In this document: one piece after another, positions 1 to 14,338 of the stretch
Numbering within the stretch: the first letter of the stretch is position 1
How the letters are laid out: each line of letters begins with the position of its first letter
Assembly (NCBI GenBank): GCA_964016885.1
Contig: OZ024756.1
Span: 36,332,001-36,396,000 of the forward strand
Source: Eledone cirrhosa
Taxonomy: Eukaryota
Reading direction: 5' to 3'
Length of the DNA stretch: 64,000 bases
The notes under the pieces: model-generated
Seen by the model: only the letters and a program-made list of their open reading frames with translations
Databases searched by the model: none
What the model was told of the DNA's origin: nothing
Position numbers and translations under genes: made by a program

Positions 1-43
<43 letters not shown>

Positions 44-70
44 GTATATATATATCTTTATATATATATG

Positions 71-101
<31 letters not shown>

Positions 102-267
102 GTATATATATGTATATATATATATATATATATACATATATATATGTATATATATATATATCCGAAACGTGGAACTCTCATCCTTTTCCTCCAAGCGTGA
201 ACCTAATATAACTGTATTTTTGCATCCCTGTGTTTGTTCTGTATCCTTTATCAACTACACACACACA

Positions 268-322
<55 letters not shown>

Positions 323-475
323 ACACCCACGCACATATACATATATATGGTTACAAATTAATAAAGACGTATACAGAGATGCAATTACAAACTTTTATTA
401 GTTTAACGCGTGTAGGAAAAGGAACAGAAGCAATTCGTCAACGTATCGGAAAGCTAGTTCTGCACTACATAATCT

Positions 476-512
<37 letters not shown>

Positions 513-514
<2 letters not shown>

Positions 515-700
515 ATTGTTTCTACTTTAGGCACAAGGCCAGCAATTACCCAGTGCATTACTGGTACTTTATTTTATCGACCCCGTAAGGATGAAAGGCA
601 AAGTCAACCTCGGCGGGATTTGAACTCAGTTCGTAAAGGGACGTAACACGCTGGAAAGCATGGCGTCCGACCCTCTACCGATACTGCCAATCCACCGCCC
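513..700 (-). mobile_element. tRNA-derived SINE, full length (dominant family in the window)
   Basis: The - strand shows A box TGGCAGTATCGG, B box GAGTTCAAATCC, central gcctttcatccttacggggtcgataaaataaagtacc and tail ggccttgtgcc..aagtagaaacaatta. More than 15 full or partial copies, e.g. 3645, 8885, 10023, 11125, 12000, 16494, 17436, 19449, 27880, 39549, 42316. Confidence 0.85.
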
Positions 701-717
701 TATATATATAATATATA

Positions 718-850
<133 letters not shown>

Positions 851-1081
851 GCCAGCTAATTCTGTAGTGTCAGTATTTAATGCCTTCTGTCAATAGAGAA
901 CATCATGAAACCCCAGACTTAGCATCAGGTGTGCAGTAACCTTTACAACTTGTAAAGAATAAATCTCCCACATACTTAACATAACTTACTTACATGTGCA
1001 GTTGTAAACATGTATCCCTACTCCCCACACTCTCTCTCTCACACACATATATATGTATGTATTTATATATATATATATGTA

Positions 1082-1232
<151 letters not shown>

Positions 1233-1580
1233 TTATATGTATGTATGTATTTATATGTATGTATGTATTTATATATATGTATGTATGTATATATATATAT
1301 GTATGTATGTATATATATATATATATGTATGTATGTATGTATATGTATGTATGTATTTATATATATGTATGTATGTATGTATTTATATATATATATGTAT
1401 GTATATATATATATATATGTATGTATGTATATATATATATATATGTATGTATGTATGTATATATATATATGTATGTATGTATGTATATATATATATATAT
1501 ATATATAGAAGTTGGTCGTGTCAAGAGGTGCGTTCAAAGATATCCTTACATGTGCAGTAGCAAACATGCACTCATCCTAT

Positions 1581-1649
<69 letters not shown>

Positions 1650-1740
1650 CCCCCCCCCCCCTCACACACACCATCTCACACATATATGCGAGGATTCGGA
1701 TGCTTATCAATATCTATCTATATATATATGTATGCACATG

Positions 1741-1808
<68 letters not shown>

Positions 1809-2059
1809 GTATATGTATATGTATATATGTATATATATATATATATGTATATATATGTATATGTATAAGCGTTAGTAGTGTCAAGAGGTACATTCAAAGA
1901 TACCCTTTTTACATCGTGGGAGTCGAGTTTCGCCCTTAAATATTTGGTGCACACACGCCCATTCGCACACTCATTCACTCATCACACACTCAACACTCAC
2001 ACATTCACTCCCACGATTTCAGGTATTTGCACCGATTGGTTGCCTAATGATTGCTAAAA

Positions 2060-2110
<51 letters not shown>

Positions 2111-2113
2111 AAA

Positions 2114-2149
<36 letters not shown>

Positions 2150-2277
2150 AAATAGTAGTAGTAGTATCAGTAGTATAGGAATGAAAGAAAACGAAATTGA
2201 AAGATGAAGATGAAGGAGGAGAAAAAGAATGAAAAGAAGTTAAAAAAAATGAAAGAAAGAACATATATCTATCTATA

Positions 2278-2405
<128 letters not shown>

Positions 2406-2549
2406 TTTAGCAAAAGGGATGTGAACCCCACACCCACTATCCCGTTCAACCCTGCCATTGTGTGACCTTTTCCTTGTTATTTCTGTGAAATCTAGGAGCT
2501 ATATAGTAAGACCAAAGTTATCTAAACAGCTGGAAACCTGTAGAAGTGT

Positions 2550-3190
2550 GTAGCAGTGAGAATTGTATCTATTTGATTCCTCCAGATGTGTTAAGACTCA
2601 TGTCTGGGATACAGAAGTCACTAAGCAGTGAGAAATGTATCTGTCTGGTTCCTCCAGATGTCTGAGACTCATGTCTGGGAGACAGAAGTGACTAATATTG
2701 TAGAAGTGAGAATTGTATCTGTTTGATTCCTCCAGATGTGTTAAGACTCATGTCTGGTTTACAGAAGTCACTAAGATTGTAGAAGTGAGAGATGTATCTG
2801 TCTAATTCCTCCAGATGTGTTAATATCATGTCAGGAGTAACTAAGACTGTGGAACTGAGAAATGTATCTGTTTGATTCCTCCAGATGTGTTGATCAAATG
2901 TCTGGGATACAGAAGTCACTAAGATTGTAGCAGTGAGAATTGTATGTCTGATTCCTCCAGGTGTGTTAATCTCATGTCAGATACAGAAGTTACGAAGATT
3001 GTAGCAATGAGAGCTGTATCTGTCTGATTCCTCCAGATGCGTTAATCTCATGTCAGATACAAGAGTTACTGAGACTGTGGAAGCAAGAATTGTGTATATT
3101 TAACTCCTCCAGATACAATAGTCACTATAAGAAGATTGTTGGCAATGAGAAACGTATCAATATGATCCCTCTAGATGGGTTCTTTTCATG
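2550..3190. repeat. Degenerate minisatellite, unit about 70-79 bp, about 9 copies
   Basis: Recurring gagaattgtatctgtttgattcctccagatgtgttaa...tcatgtc...acagaagtcactaag. Confidence 0.8.
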
Positions 3191-3620
3191 TCCCAGTATT
3201 TACTTTATAAATCTGAGGGTCCTATCAGAAGCAACTGCCTCCAATTGATCCAGCCAGATCCCAAAGCAAGACCAACCGATCCCATGTTTGTTATCTAAAC
3301 ATCTTGCTCGTGGTCTACCTCTGGGTCTCTTGCCCGTTGGTTTTGCCCATAAATACGTATCTGTCTAGTTATACTGCCCTTAGACATTCTAACCACATCT
3401 TCGTAGTACTGGAGATGTGATCTCTCGATTCGGAAAAAGCAGTGGATCTACATGGAATGACTTTCTGGTCTCCGACTTACGCACCATATAGAGTAACGCT
3501 ACTTTAAAAATACCCATCGGAGAAATTCTATTTCATCCGCTTGTCTTCTCAATCATATTCTTTCGGTTATTAACCAAGATTTGAGCGTAAGAACGCCTGA
3601 TATAATTTCTTGCGTATCCA
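3190..3620 (-). mobile_element. RTE-clade LINE 3' fragment, related to 14690-15480
   Basis: The - strand reads PTGKRPRGRPRARCLDN. Shares tctctc.attcgga.aa and agacattctaaccaca with the other copy. Confidence 0.7.
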
Positions 3621-3899
3621 TTCTGGCTTTTTGCACTTTCAGTTGAAATCCTGCCGAGGTTAACTTGGCCTTTCATCCTTTCAAGGTCGATAAAAAAAGT
3701 ACGTCAAGTGCTAGGGTTGATTTTTCTTCTACATCTCTTTCTTACTTCCTCTCTATCACTCTCTGTCGCCTCCTCTGGAAGAAAGCAACTGTGTTCAGAT
3801 CAGGAGAGGGATGGGCTTCACCAGGTTTAAATTGCCCAAGACACGCTATATGCCACTACGGCGCCCCTACGACTCCACTAGAAGTTACGACTCCATAAA

Positions 3900-3969
<70 letters not shown>

Positions 3970-4639
3970 TCCCTTTAACCGGAAGTATTCTAACAGGCTT
4001 CAGTAAGTTGGTGCCAGGAAGGAACACCAGGTGACATTGGGACTGTGATGTTGCTGGCTGTAAATCAGCAAAGACTGAATTATATATTATATATTACAGA
4101 TAATTCCAGCTGGGAATGATAGGCAACTGTAACCACGCCCCCCTCCACCCGTCTCGAGAATTCATCCTCGCCCCACCCCTCTCAACTTACACATCAATAT
4201 ATCTTCTTTTTTTTTTATCAATGAGTTGTTATATAAAGTTTGTAGCAACCACCACCTCCATCACCACCACCACACTTACTAGCACTACTACCACCACACT
4301 TACTAGCACTACTACCACCACCACCACCACACTTACTAGCACTACTACCACCACCACCACACTTACTAGCACTACTACCACCACCACCACACTTACTAGC
4401 ACTACTACCACCACCACCACACTTACTAGCACCCATTACAACCATCAGCCCCACTTCCACCTTATTCCCCACTACTGTCCCGACCACCACCACCACCATC
4501 ATTACACACCTGCACTACCACCACCATTATCATCATCATCACCATAAACACCCACACACGTCACCAGTAGCACACCCACCACCGTGACCGCCTCCCCACC
4601 ACGACTACCACCACCACCACCATGCAAGATATGCTATAA

Positions 4640-4790
4640 AACCCTACCTTAGGAAGACCGGGGTCAGGTAGGTGAGAGAGAGATCTACTTAGTTCCACCT
4701 TACTTCCGGTTTCTTCAATAAAGATTTCGGGCAACCGGAAATCGACCCCTACTTCCCTTTTGTCTGTTACTTCCACTTAATTCAATTATC
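4640..4790. promoter_or_regulatory. Possible promoter upstream of the Shisa-like gene
   Basis: Unique CpG-containing island between simple repeats, with ETS-type motifs ACTTCCGGT (4702-4710) and ACCGGAAAT (4734-4742) and a CAG|GTAGGT donor-like site near 4667. Confidence 0.3.
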
Positions 4791-5408
4791 ACAGACAGTT
4801 TTATGATAGTCAGACAAGGTGAGACGTGCTAGAGATAATGGTGGTCGTGGTGGTGGTGGTGGTGGTGGGTGTGGTGGTGGTGCTGATGGTGGTGGTGGTG
4901 GTGGTGGTGGTGAGGATGTGATGGTGGTGGTGGTGGTGGTGAGGATGTGATGGTGGTGATGATGGTAATGGCAATGATGTTGATGGTGATGATGGTCTTG
5001 GCCTTGATGGTAATAGTAATAATGTTGATGATGATGGTATTCACAGTATTAATGATAATGTTGATGACCATGATGATGATAATGATAATCGTGATCATAG
5101 TCTGGATGATGATGGCGATGATGATCATGGTGATGACCATGGTGTTGGTAATAGTGATGATGATGATGATACTTGTGTGTGTGTGTGTGTGTCTGTGTGA
5201 GAGTATGTGTGTGTCTGTGTGTGTGAGAGAGTGTGTGTGTGTGTGTGTGTGTCTTTGTGCCTGTGTGTGTGTGTGTGTCTGTGTGTGTGTGTGTGTCTTT
5301 GTGCCTCTGTGTATGTGTGTGTGTGTCTGTCTGTGTGTGTGTGTGTGTGTGTCTTTGTGCCTCTGTGTGTGTGTGTGTGTGTGTGTGTGTCTGTCTGTCT
5401 GTGTGTGT

Positions 5409-5452
5409 ATGTGTGTGTGTGTGTGTGGTGATTTATCTGAGTTCGGTGCAAG
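5409..5452 (+). CDS. Candidate signal-peptide exon of the Shisa-like gene (start uncertain)
   Basis: AAG|GTAATT donor after 5452 is phase 1 in the frame ...[11 protein letters not shown], which joins in frame to 9311. The nearest ATG (5409) is out of frame across a (GT)n tract as assembled. Confidence 0.35.
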
Positions 5453-5701
5453 GTAATTTACTTTACAGAGACACTGAAAACGTGTCCCTATGATGTTAAC
5501 AAACAATTGCCAATCCACCCATGACCTAACAACATCATTTTATGACATCCCTATCACTGCAAAACATGACATATCTACAAAGTTATGATCAGCCATTAAG
5601 GAATTAGAGAATGTCAGATGCAATCTTTAATATCCATTGTTATAAGAATTGAGGTCGACTAACACGGCTAACAACCCTACCTATCTATCTATAAAGAAAC
5701 A

Positions 5702-5739
<38 letters not shown>

Positions 5740-5743
<4 letters not shown>

Positions 5744-5954
5744 ATCTATTTGTCCCCTTCTTTTGTGCCCCTGTGGCTAATAAAGAAACATATCTGTTTG
5801 TCCCCTTCCTTTGTGCCCCTGTGGCTAATAAAGAAACACATCTATCTATCTAATTCCATCTGTGATAACATTTTACACGTTTTTATTGTATGTAAACTTC
5901 CCCCTTTGTATTTGTCCCCTTCTTTTGTGCCCCTGTGGCTAATAAAGAAATATA

Positions 5955-5998
<44 letters not shown>

Positions 5999-6000
5999 AA
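5740..6000 (+). repeat. Three copies of a retroelement-like 3' tail ending AATAAA plus (TATC)n; inverted copies near 43100 and 46780
   Basis: tgtccccttcttttgtgcccctgtggctaataaagaaa followed by (tatc)n. Confidence 0.6.
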
Positions 6001-6341
6001 TCTCTGTCTGTCTGTCGATTTATCTATCTATCTGTCTGTCTGTTTGTCTAGCTATATGTCTGTACATATATCCCTTCTTCTTCTTCTTCTTCTTCTTCTT
6101 CTTCTTCTTCTTCTTCTTCTTCTTCTTCTCCTTCTCCCCCCTCCCCTCCCCTCCCCCACCTCTCCTGTCTCCGCCTGTCATCACCAATACAAATAGTGAC
6201 ACCAACAACAAGCAGCGCCATTTTTATTACACAAACATATCTACTTTTATCATCTCATATCTTCCTATTACAAATGTATGTCTACGAGGTGAACACACAT
6301 ATACGTGTGCGTGTATGTGTGTGCTTGCTGTTAAAAACGAA

Positions 6342-6417
<76 letters not shown>

Positions 6418-6420
<3 letters not shown>

Positions 6421-6490
6421 GGTCTCCCAAAAATGTATGCACAAATTTATTAGAATGCTGTTGAAGTGTATACATTTTCGGGGACATTCT
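6418..6490. mobile_element. Tc1/mariner-type MITE, related copy at 9803-9885
   Basis: Imperfect TIRs cagggt(g/c)tccc.aaaatgtat... with TA flanks. Confidence 0.6.
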
Positions 6491-6810
6491 ATATATATAT
6501 ATATATATATTATTATTATGTAATAAACAACATAAGGCAATTATTCCATTTACCAGTGGTTTCTTAAAAGCAAAAGGTTTTGCTTTCAATCCTCAGAATG
6601 AAAAATCCTGGTTTGTTTATTGAATATGGATTCTAAAAACAAAAATGCAATCTATATGAAAGTGAGGCTGGAAAAGGGAGAAGGAAAGGAAAAATAAAAT
6701 AAAATAAAACTACACATGCAAACACACACAAAAAAACACAAAAGCATACTTACACACACACACATATATACACATATAATTTGCACGCATACACATATAC
6801 ACATACACAC

Positions 6811-6851
<41 letters not shown>

Positions 6852-6898
6852 AGCGTACACCTACACACACATATATACACACATATACACATACATAT

Positions 6899-6965
<67 letters not shown>

Positions 6966-7013
6966 CACACACACACACATACACACACACATATATATAC
7001 ACATGTACATATC

Positions 7014-7049
<36 letters not shown>

Positions 7050-7224
7050 CATACATATACACACATATACACATATACATACACACACACACACACACAC
7101 ACATGTGTGTGTACAAGCCTACACATACACACACACATTATATATATATATATATATTCACTTCCACCAAGCGTAAACCTAATATAGCTGTACAATTGTC
7201 TCTTGTCTTTTGTTCGTTCATTTT

Positions 7225-7319
<95 letters not shown>

Positions 7320-7493
7320 TATACAATAATGTGAGTATATCCTGTCGTATCGTCTGACTCGAGTCTTGTTCAAACAGTTTATGTGTGTGAACAATTCTCC
7401 TGACAAGCTGAATGTCAACACTTTTCTATTGTGTTTATAATAAATTTGACTTTACACTCGCTATAGAGACTTGTCATCAGTAAATATTTCTGG

Positions 7494-7539
<46 letters not shown>

Positions 7540-7547
<8 letters not shown>

Positions 7548-7800
7548 ACACCAATAACATTAATATAGAGTAGAACCTCGGTTCACGAATGCCTCTCGTC
7601 ACGAACAATGTATTTTTTATTTTAAACACCAATAACAGTAATATACAGTAGAATCTCGGTTCACGAATGCCTCTCGTCACGAACAATGTTTTCTAGCATA
7701 AAGCGTCTCAGTTCACGATTGGTGTCTCGGGTAACGAACACGGAAGCCGGCAACAACGTTTGGCAACAAGCTTGGAGAGTATCAATGGGAGAACGTCACT
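7540..7800 (+). mobile_element. pogo/Tigger-like transposon end with a local duplication of about 78 bp
   Basis: tacagtagaa(c/t)ctcggttcacgaatgcctctcgtcacgaacaa occurs twice (about 7568 and 7646). Confidence 0.5.
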
Positions 7801-7956
7801 TGCTGCGTAGTTAGTTACTATGGTGATATCTATCCCTTTTAAAAAGACCTAGGAAAAATAGTGATCAGTCTACTGCTCACACGCACACACAAACTTACAC
7901 ACACACATACTCACACTCAGGGGTTGTAATTATATATATATGTATATATATATATA

Positions 7957-8040
7957 GGAAAAGTCAGGACCCCGACGGCTGAGCTTCGGCCGTTTCGACA
8001 GCATTATAGTCCACCTGGCATTTTACCACACCTTCTTTGT
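7957..8040 (+). mobile_element. Family A insert, internally deleted
   Basis: Inverted arm gtcaggaccccgacggctgagcttcggccgtttcgacagc fused to the tail end gtccacctggcattttaccacaccttctttgt. TA flanks. Confidence 0.7.
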
Positions 8041-8054
8041 TATATGTATGTATG

Positions 8055-8103
<49 letters not shown>

Positions 8104-8687
8104 GTGTATATATATATGTGTGTGTGTGTGTTTGTATATATATGTGTGTGTGTGTGTATATATGTGTGTGTGTATATATATGTGGGTGTGTGTGTGTGTA
8201 TATATATGTGTGTCTATATATATATGTGTGTGTGTGTGTATACACATACATACATATATGTGTGTGTGTGTGTATACACATACATACATATATGTGTGTG
8301 TGTATATATATACATATATACATGTGTGTGTGTGTATACATACATGTGTGTGTGTGTACCTTCATCTAAAATATTCTCTCTTATCTAACCTAAATCTTCC
8401 GCCATTCTTCCCTGCTAACTTACCTACTAACAAATTCTCTACAGTTCATTACCAAGCATCTTTATATCGTTGCTCCCTAAAGACCCCACTTATCTTATAC
8501 CTTTACAAATGTTGTCTCCTTGTTTGTCTTGTCTTAATTACCTGCCGAACATCGCTAAAATTTATTATTTTACCTTTGTTTCCTTTCAATCATCTTTGGA
8601 TTCCTCTCTCTTCTCTTCTTTTTCCAAGAAATCTTTAAAAATCTGCTCAGAAAATACGAAACATATTTTTCATTTTTTTTTCCTACC

Positions 8688-8724
<37 letters not shown>

Positions 8725-9091
8725 GTGTGTGTGTGTGAGTGAGTGTGTGTGCGTGTGTGTGTGTATCCCTCTCTCCTATAAAAATTTATAAAGGAATTCT
8801 ATAAAAATCTGCATGGAAAATACCAAACATTTTCTCCACATTGTGTGTGTATGTGTGTGTATGTGTGAATATGAGTGTGTGTGAGAGGTTAACTTTACTA
8901 TTCAACCTTCTTAGATCGATAAAATAAAATAATAGTCAAGTACTGGAGATGATTTAAACGACTTCCCCCCTTCTCCAATTGCTGGCCATGTGTCTAAATC
9001 AGCAATCAATATTACAGTTAATTAGTGTTAATTACAGCTAATTAATGTTAATTTGTCTTGGAGAAAACTATTGTTTTTCCACATCAGTGAA

Positions 9092-9284
9092 TAACTGTTT
9101 CTACTTTTGGCACAAGGCCAGCAATTACCCCAGTGCATTACTGGTACTTTATTTTATCGACCCCGTAAGGATGAAAGGTAAAGTTAACCTCGGCGTGATT
9201 TGAACTCAGAACGCAAAGGGCCACAACTCTATGCTGCTAAGCATGGTGTCTGACGCTCTACCAATACTACTAATCCACCACCCT
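9092..9284 (-). mobile_element. tRNA-derived SINE abutting the 9311 acceptor
   Basis: Full-length copy of the 513-700 family. Confidence 0.85.
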
Positions 9285-9310
9285 AATGGTTAAATGTTTG
9301 TCTTTTACAG

Positions 9311-9518
9311 GAAACAAAGAAAATTTCTGCCATGGATTCTTAGATGTCCATGGTCAGTGGAACAATGGCTTCTTCTGTCCGAAATGGTCAACAGATAAAC
9401 ACCAAGTCTACTGCTGTGGTGACGAGAATGACCGTTACTGCTGTAAACCAGGCGATAAAAGTTCTCGACCTGGTCTCACCACTAATGTCCCCTCAGAAGA
9501 CACAGCTGCAAACACTGA
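9311..9518 (+). CDS. Shisa-like protein, exon encoding the Cys-rich extracellular domain
   Basis: Acceptor ttttacAG|9311 (phase 1), donor GA|GTACGT after 9518 (phase 2). Translates (G)NKENFCHGFLDVHGQWNNGFFCPKWSTDKHQVYCCGDENDRYCCKPGDK..., the C..GFxC..YCCG..RYCC pattern of Shisa/Shisa-like proteins with 6 Cys. Confidence 0.9.
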
Positions 9519-9638
9519 GTACGTATATATATTACAATACATTGAACAAACACACTCACACACACACACATACACATGCACACGCACACATACACGCTCA
9601 TACATACACGTTCACAATCATAAATACGCAGTACTACA

Positions 9639-9755
9639 TACCTACATCTGTATGTACGTACCTACATCTGTATGTACGTACCTACATCTGTATGTATGTA
9701 CCTACATCTGTATGTACGTACCTACATCTGTATGTATGTACCTACATCTGTATGC
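9639..9755. repeat. 20-bp minisatellite
   Basis: (tacctacatctgtatgtayg) about 5.5 times. Confidence 0.85.
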
Positions 9756-10210
9756 ATGTAGGAGTGTTTATTTCAACAGCTTGAGTAGAGTGATATATAT
9801 ATAGGATGTCCCGAAAAATATATACACACTTTGATTACTTGTACTAGCCTTGGAGTATATATATACATTTTTGGGGGACACCCTGTATATATCTTGCGTT
9901 AAAGAAACAATATTGATGTCTTGTTATGCCTATAGCAACGATTGAACCTGTGACCTACGAGTTTATAGTGTACCATAGTGTATCACACTACCTCCAGCAA
10001 TGTTATCAGCGATATTAAAGACTTACGGGGTCGATAAAATAAAGTACCAGTCATGAGCTGGGGTCGTCTAATCGACTTTCCCCTCCCCAAAAATTGCTGG
10101 CCTTGTGCCTAAATAAGAAACCATTCTTACTTCAAGAGGTTGCCCCAGCAAATTCTTTCGTCAGTCTGTCAACAGATGAGTTAATACTTACAAATACTTA
10201 CCGAAACACA

Positions 10211-10283
<73 letters not shown>

Positions 10284-10284
<1 letters not shown>

Positions 10285-10444
10285 GGGCAGGTAAAATTCC
10301 CGAGATCCATGGACAAGTTCTCTCCAGCGGTCTCTGTCCTTCACTATGGCTGCCATGTCCCGTGGCGTCCCCGAGAGACCAGTGTCTGTCTTTAGGACAT
10401 GAACATATGTTAACCTCGGTCTTCCTCTTCCAGTGGGTCCATGC

Positions 10445-10445
<1 letters not shown>
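10284..10445 (-). mobile_element. RTE-type LINE C-terminal fragment
   Basis: [22 protein letters not shown]...[16 protein letters not shown] similar decayed fragment lies at about 47630-47790 (+). Confidence 0.65.
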
Positions 10446-10515
<70 letters not shown>

Positions 10516-11076
10516 ACCTGTCTCATGGTCGGGTCGTTGGCGACTAAACTGGCAACCCCGCCAAGGTTTCTTGGTGAGGAGGGTGACTTTGGACATCCTG
10601 CAGGACTAAAAACAAAACCTGTCAAAAGGCAAAGGAGCTCTTAAGAGTCAATGGCCATCCAAAATCACCGGGAGAGATGACCCCTTAGCCTTTGTCAAGG
10701 CAGAATTCTAGGAGAAGGAAAACTCTGATATAACACCTGCAACCCTGATGGTATCCAATGATGTTGACTTGTTCTTCTTTTTGGTAAATATCATCTTGGT
10801 TAAGAGAGTGGGACTGGCTTTGTGCAGTGCTTTTGCTCACTATAAAAGCTTCACGGCACAGGCATTGCTTTATATCTGGAGATCTCTCTGCACTTGTCGT
10901 CACATGGTACCATGGGCCCAGCACTATGTGTCAATAATTGTCACAAGTGTAGTGTTTGTACCAGAGTTTTCAAGTTGCTGGCTGGACTAAAAAGTCACAC
11001 TCGTTCAGCGTATCGGTAGGGGTTCTCCTACATGGTTATAAAGTAGTGGCCGTACTCGAAAACGAGTTGGCAGCCA

Positions 11077-11115
<39 letters not shown>

Positions 11116-11270
11116 TATATATTTATCGAACTCAAAAGGATGTAAGGGAAAATTTACTTCAGCGGGATTTGAACTCAGAGCGCAGAGAGCCGGAACAAAT
11201 GCTGAGAAGCATTCTACCCGATGTATATATATGTGTGTATATATATATGTATGTACATGTATGTATATGC

Positions 11271-11320
<50 letters not shown>

Positions 11321-11446
11321 GTACATACATACATATATTTACACAACGGACTACTAAATTTCAATTGCAAGACATTTGCCCAAGGAGTCGCGCAGCGGGA
11401 CTGAACCTAAAAACCACGTGGATACTATGTAAACAAACAGTCATGC

Positions 11447-11546
<100 letters not shown>

Positions 11547-12138
11547 TAAAGGAAACCCTTTAAAGCCTCTGGACATGTTTTGACACTTCAGAGAACGACT
11601 CCTCCTGTGATATTAAGTGTCTCTGCGACGATAGTGGTGGCGGTGGTGTATTGGTGGTAGTGGTGGTGGTGGCGGTGGTATATCGATGGTATATAGTGGT
11701 GGCGGTGGTGTATTGGTGGTATATAGTGGTGGTGGAGGTGGTAATGGTAGTATTGCTGTTATATTAACAGTGTTGGTGATGATGATAATGATAGTATTGA
11801 TGGTGGTATTAGTGGATATGTTTGAGGGGCAGATGTTATTGTGGTGTTTGTGGGTTCTGGCTGTCGTTACAACTAACGAGGAGAACAGTTTATTGTGCTG
11901 GATCGTCTGATAAAAGGTTTATGTTTGGAGAGGAATGGTTACTTTATGTTAAATATCTGGTATTTTGTGGTGTTATCTGGTATTAGGTATCATGAGACGG
12001 TGTATTGGGAAAGTCGTTAGACTGAGGTTTTTGTTCCCGGTTCTCTGCGCTGAGAGTTTAAATTCCGACGAAGTCAACTTCACCTTTCATCTATTCGAGG
12101 TTGATAAAAAAAGTACCAGTCCGATAGTGGGGGTCGAT

Positions 12139-12202
<64 letters not shown>

Positions 12203-12510
12203 ACTCTCTCTCTCTCCCATTCTCTCTCTCTCCCACTCTCCCACTCTCTCTCTCCCACTCTCTTTCTCTCTCCCTCTTTCCCTCTCCCTCCTTCTGGAAG
12301 AAATCAATTGTGGTTACTCTTGAAGAGGATTTGGCCTCTGGCAGATTCTTAAAAGTGACCAAGAAATGCCGTATGTCACGATGGCGACCCTACGTCTTCA
12401 CCAAGAGTAAAGTCTCCCTCGGTCATTAATGACATGGGATTTGCACCAGGAAGGTTCCTCAATGGCATAGAGTAATTATATATATATATATATTTATATT
12501 TTTAACTGTT

Positions 12511-12660
12511 AGTCAATCAATGAAAAACATTGATTGCCAACTAAATTATTTATAGAAATATAAAAATATACTGAAGCGAAAGCCAAACCAAACAGTGAGT
12601 GTGTTTTACCATATTTTTCTGGCAATACTAGGACAACATGACCATCCCTAAATATAACAA
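12511..12660. repeat. Dispersed repeat of about 150 bp, second copy at 13631-13776
   Basis: gtcaatcaatga.aaac.t.gattgccaa...gaagcgaaa.cc.aaccaaacagtg...tataacaa occurs in both places. Confidence 0.7.
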
Positions 12661-12914
12661 TATCTGTTTCAACACCCGATTTCATATCAAATCCTTGCAA
12701 AACAAATACATCGCTGCATGGAACATTATAAATATGTATATATATAGTGCAGCATTCATTTCCTGTTTGCTAACAAATTCTCAGCCAATTTATTTTGTAA
12801 CACAAACTTGCAATGTCTGTGAGGTTACACGTTTCATTTTGACGATTTACATAGCAAGCAAGCAACAACTTGGGATCATGTTACATCCCTCCGTACAAAC
12901 AACAACACCACTCT

Positions 12915-13095
12915 ATTAACAATCCTGCCAGCAGTAACAACCACAAGGCACCTTTATGTTACGCTTCTCCCTAGAAACACCAACATTAGTCTGTTAACAA
13001 TCCCGCCAGGAGTAACAACCACAAGGCACCTTCATGTTATACTTCTCCCTAGAAACACCGACATTATTCCGTTAATAAGCCCGCTAGCAGTAGCA
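12915..13095. repeat. Tandem duplication of about 80 bp, about 2.3 copies
   Basis: aacaatcc.gccag.agtaacaaccacaaggcacctt.atgtta..cttctccctagaaacacc is repeated. Confidence 0.75.
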
Positions 13096-13462
13096 ATATA
13101 TAAAAGGCAATGAAACTTACTTCAGCAGACGAACTACGAAAGAAAAAAAAAAGTCCTTAACGTCTGATAGAACCGCAGAGGGAAGCGTCCTGGCATGTCT
13201 TGGTTTAATCTATTGGAGCCCTTCTCCAAGTCGGGATGCAGTCGATTTCTTCCAGAGAAAGATAAATATATAATAGTACCATTGATGATGTTGGAGATGT
13301 GCAACGAAAGAACTTTGATAGACTATATATATATATATATTTATATCTATATATCCAAAATTAAATTAAGGGTGTCATGTCAGAGAGACATGCGCCACAT
13401 CCACTGTAGAATATACTCCAAGATTCCAATGAATAGATCCGAGCATTTTATATCAACTAGAA

Positions 13463-13640
13463 ATTGATTGACATATATATCTAAAATAAACATATGAGAC
13501 AATCACAGGGAATAATTTGTAAAAGTGTGTAAGCACACATAGCTACCTAGCTATGTGTGCTTACACACTTTTACAAATTATTCCCTGTGATTGTTTCATA
13601 TGTTTATTTTAGATATATATATATATATATGTCAATCAAT
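13463..13640. repeat. Near-perfect palindrome, arms of about 83 bp with a 2-nt loop
   Basis: ...aagcacacatagcta CC tagctatgtgtgctt..., centre at 13546-13547. Confidence 0.9.
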
Positions 13641-13876
13641 GATAAACGTGGATTGCCAAATAAATTAACTATGGAGATATAAAAGATACAGAAGCGAAAA
13701 CCAACCAAACAGTGTGTTCTGTTATTATTCCTGGCATTATTATTACAACAATATGACCCTCCCCAAGTATAACAATATATATATATATATATATATTTAA
13801 TCATCATTTCATTTTACATCCGCTTTTCCCTGCTTGCAATGGTTGGACCTTATATATATCTATCTATCTATCTATC

Positions 13877-13987
<111 letters not shown>

Positions 13988-14338
13988 CATACATATATAC
14001 ATATATATATATACATACATATATACATATATATACATACTATATATATATATATATATATACATACTATATATATATATATATACTATATATACATATA
14101 TACATACTATCTATATATATACATATATACATACATACTATCTATATATATACATATATACATACATGCTATATATATACACACATACTATATATATATA
14201 TATACATACATACTATATATATATATACATATATATAGCGAGAGAGAATGAAAGAGATGTTTATGTGTGTCTATTTCAATATTTTAAAATATAAATTTGA
14301 CTTAAATTTATTTCTAATTCTAATTTATGTTGTTGCAG

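Noticed and set aside
162-256. ccGAAACGtg start of a TA-flanked repeat (relative at 7159-7208)
   Set aside because: May be another Penelope-like tail, but there is no core and no valid cleavage triplet, so no ribozyme was called.
2550-3190. CRISPR-like periodic repeat
   Set aside because: Whole units are homologous with no unique spacers, there are no cas genes, and the context is eukaryotic. It is a minisatellite.
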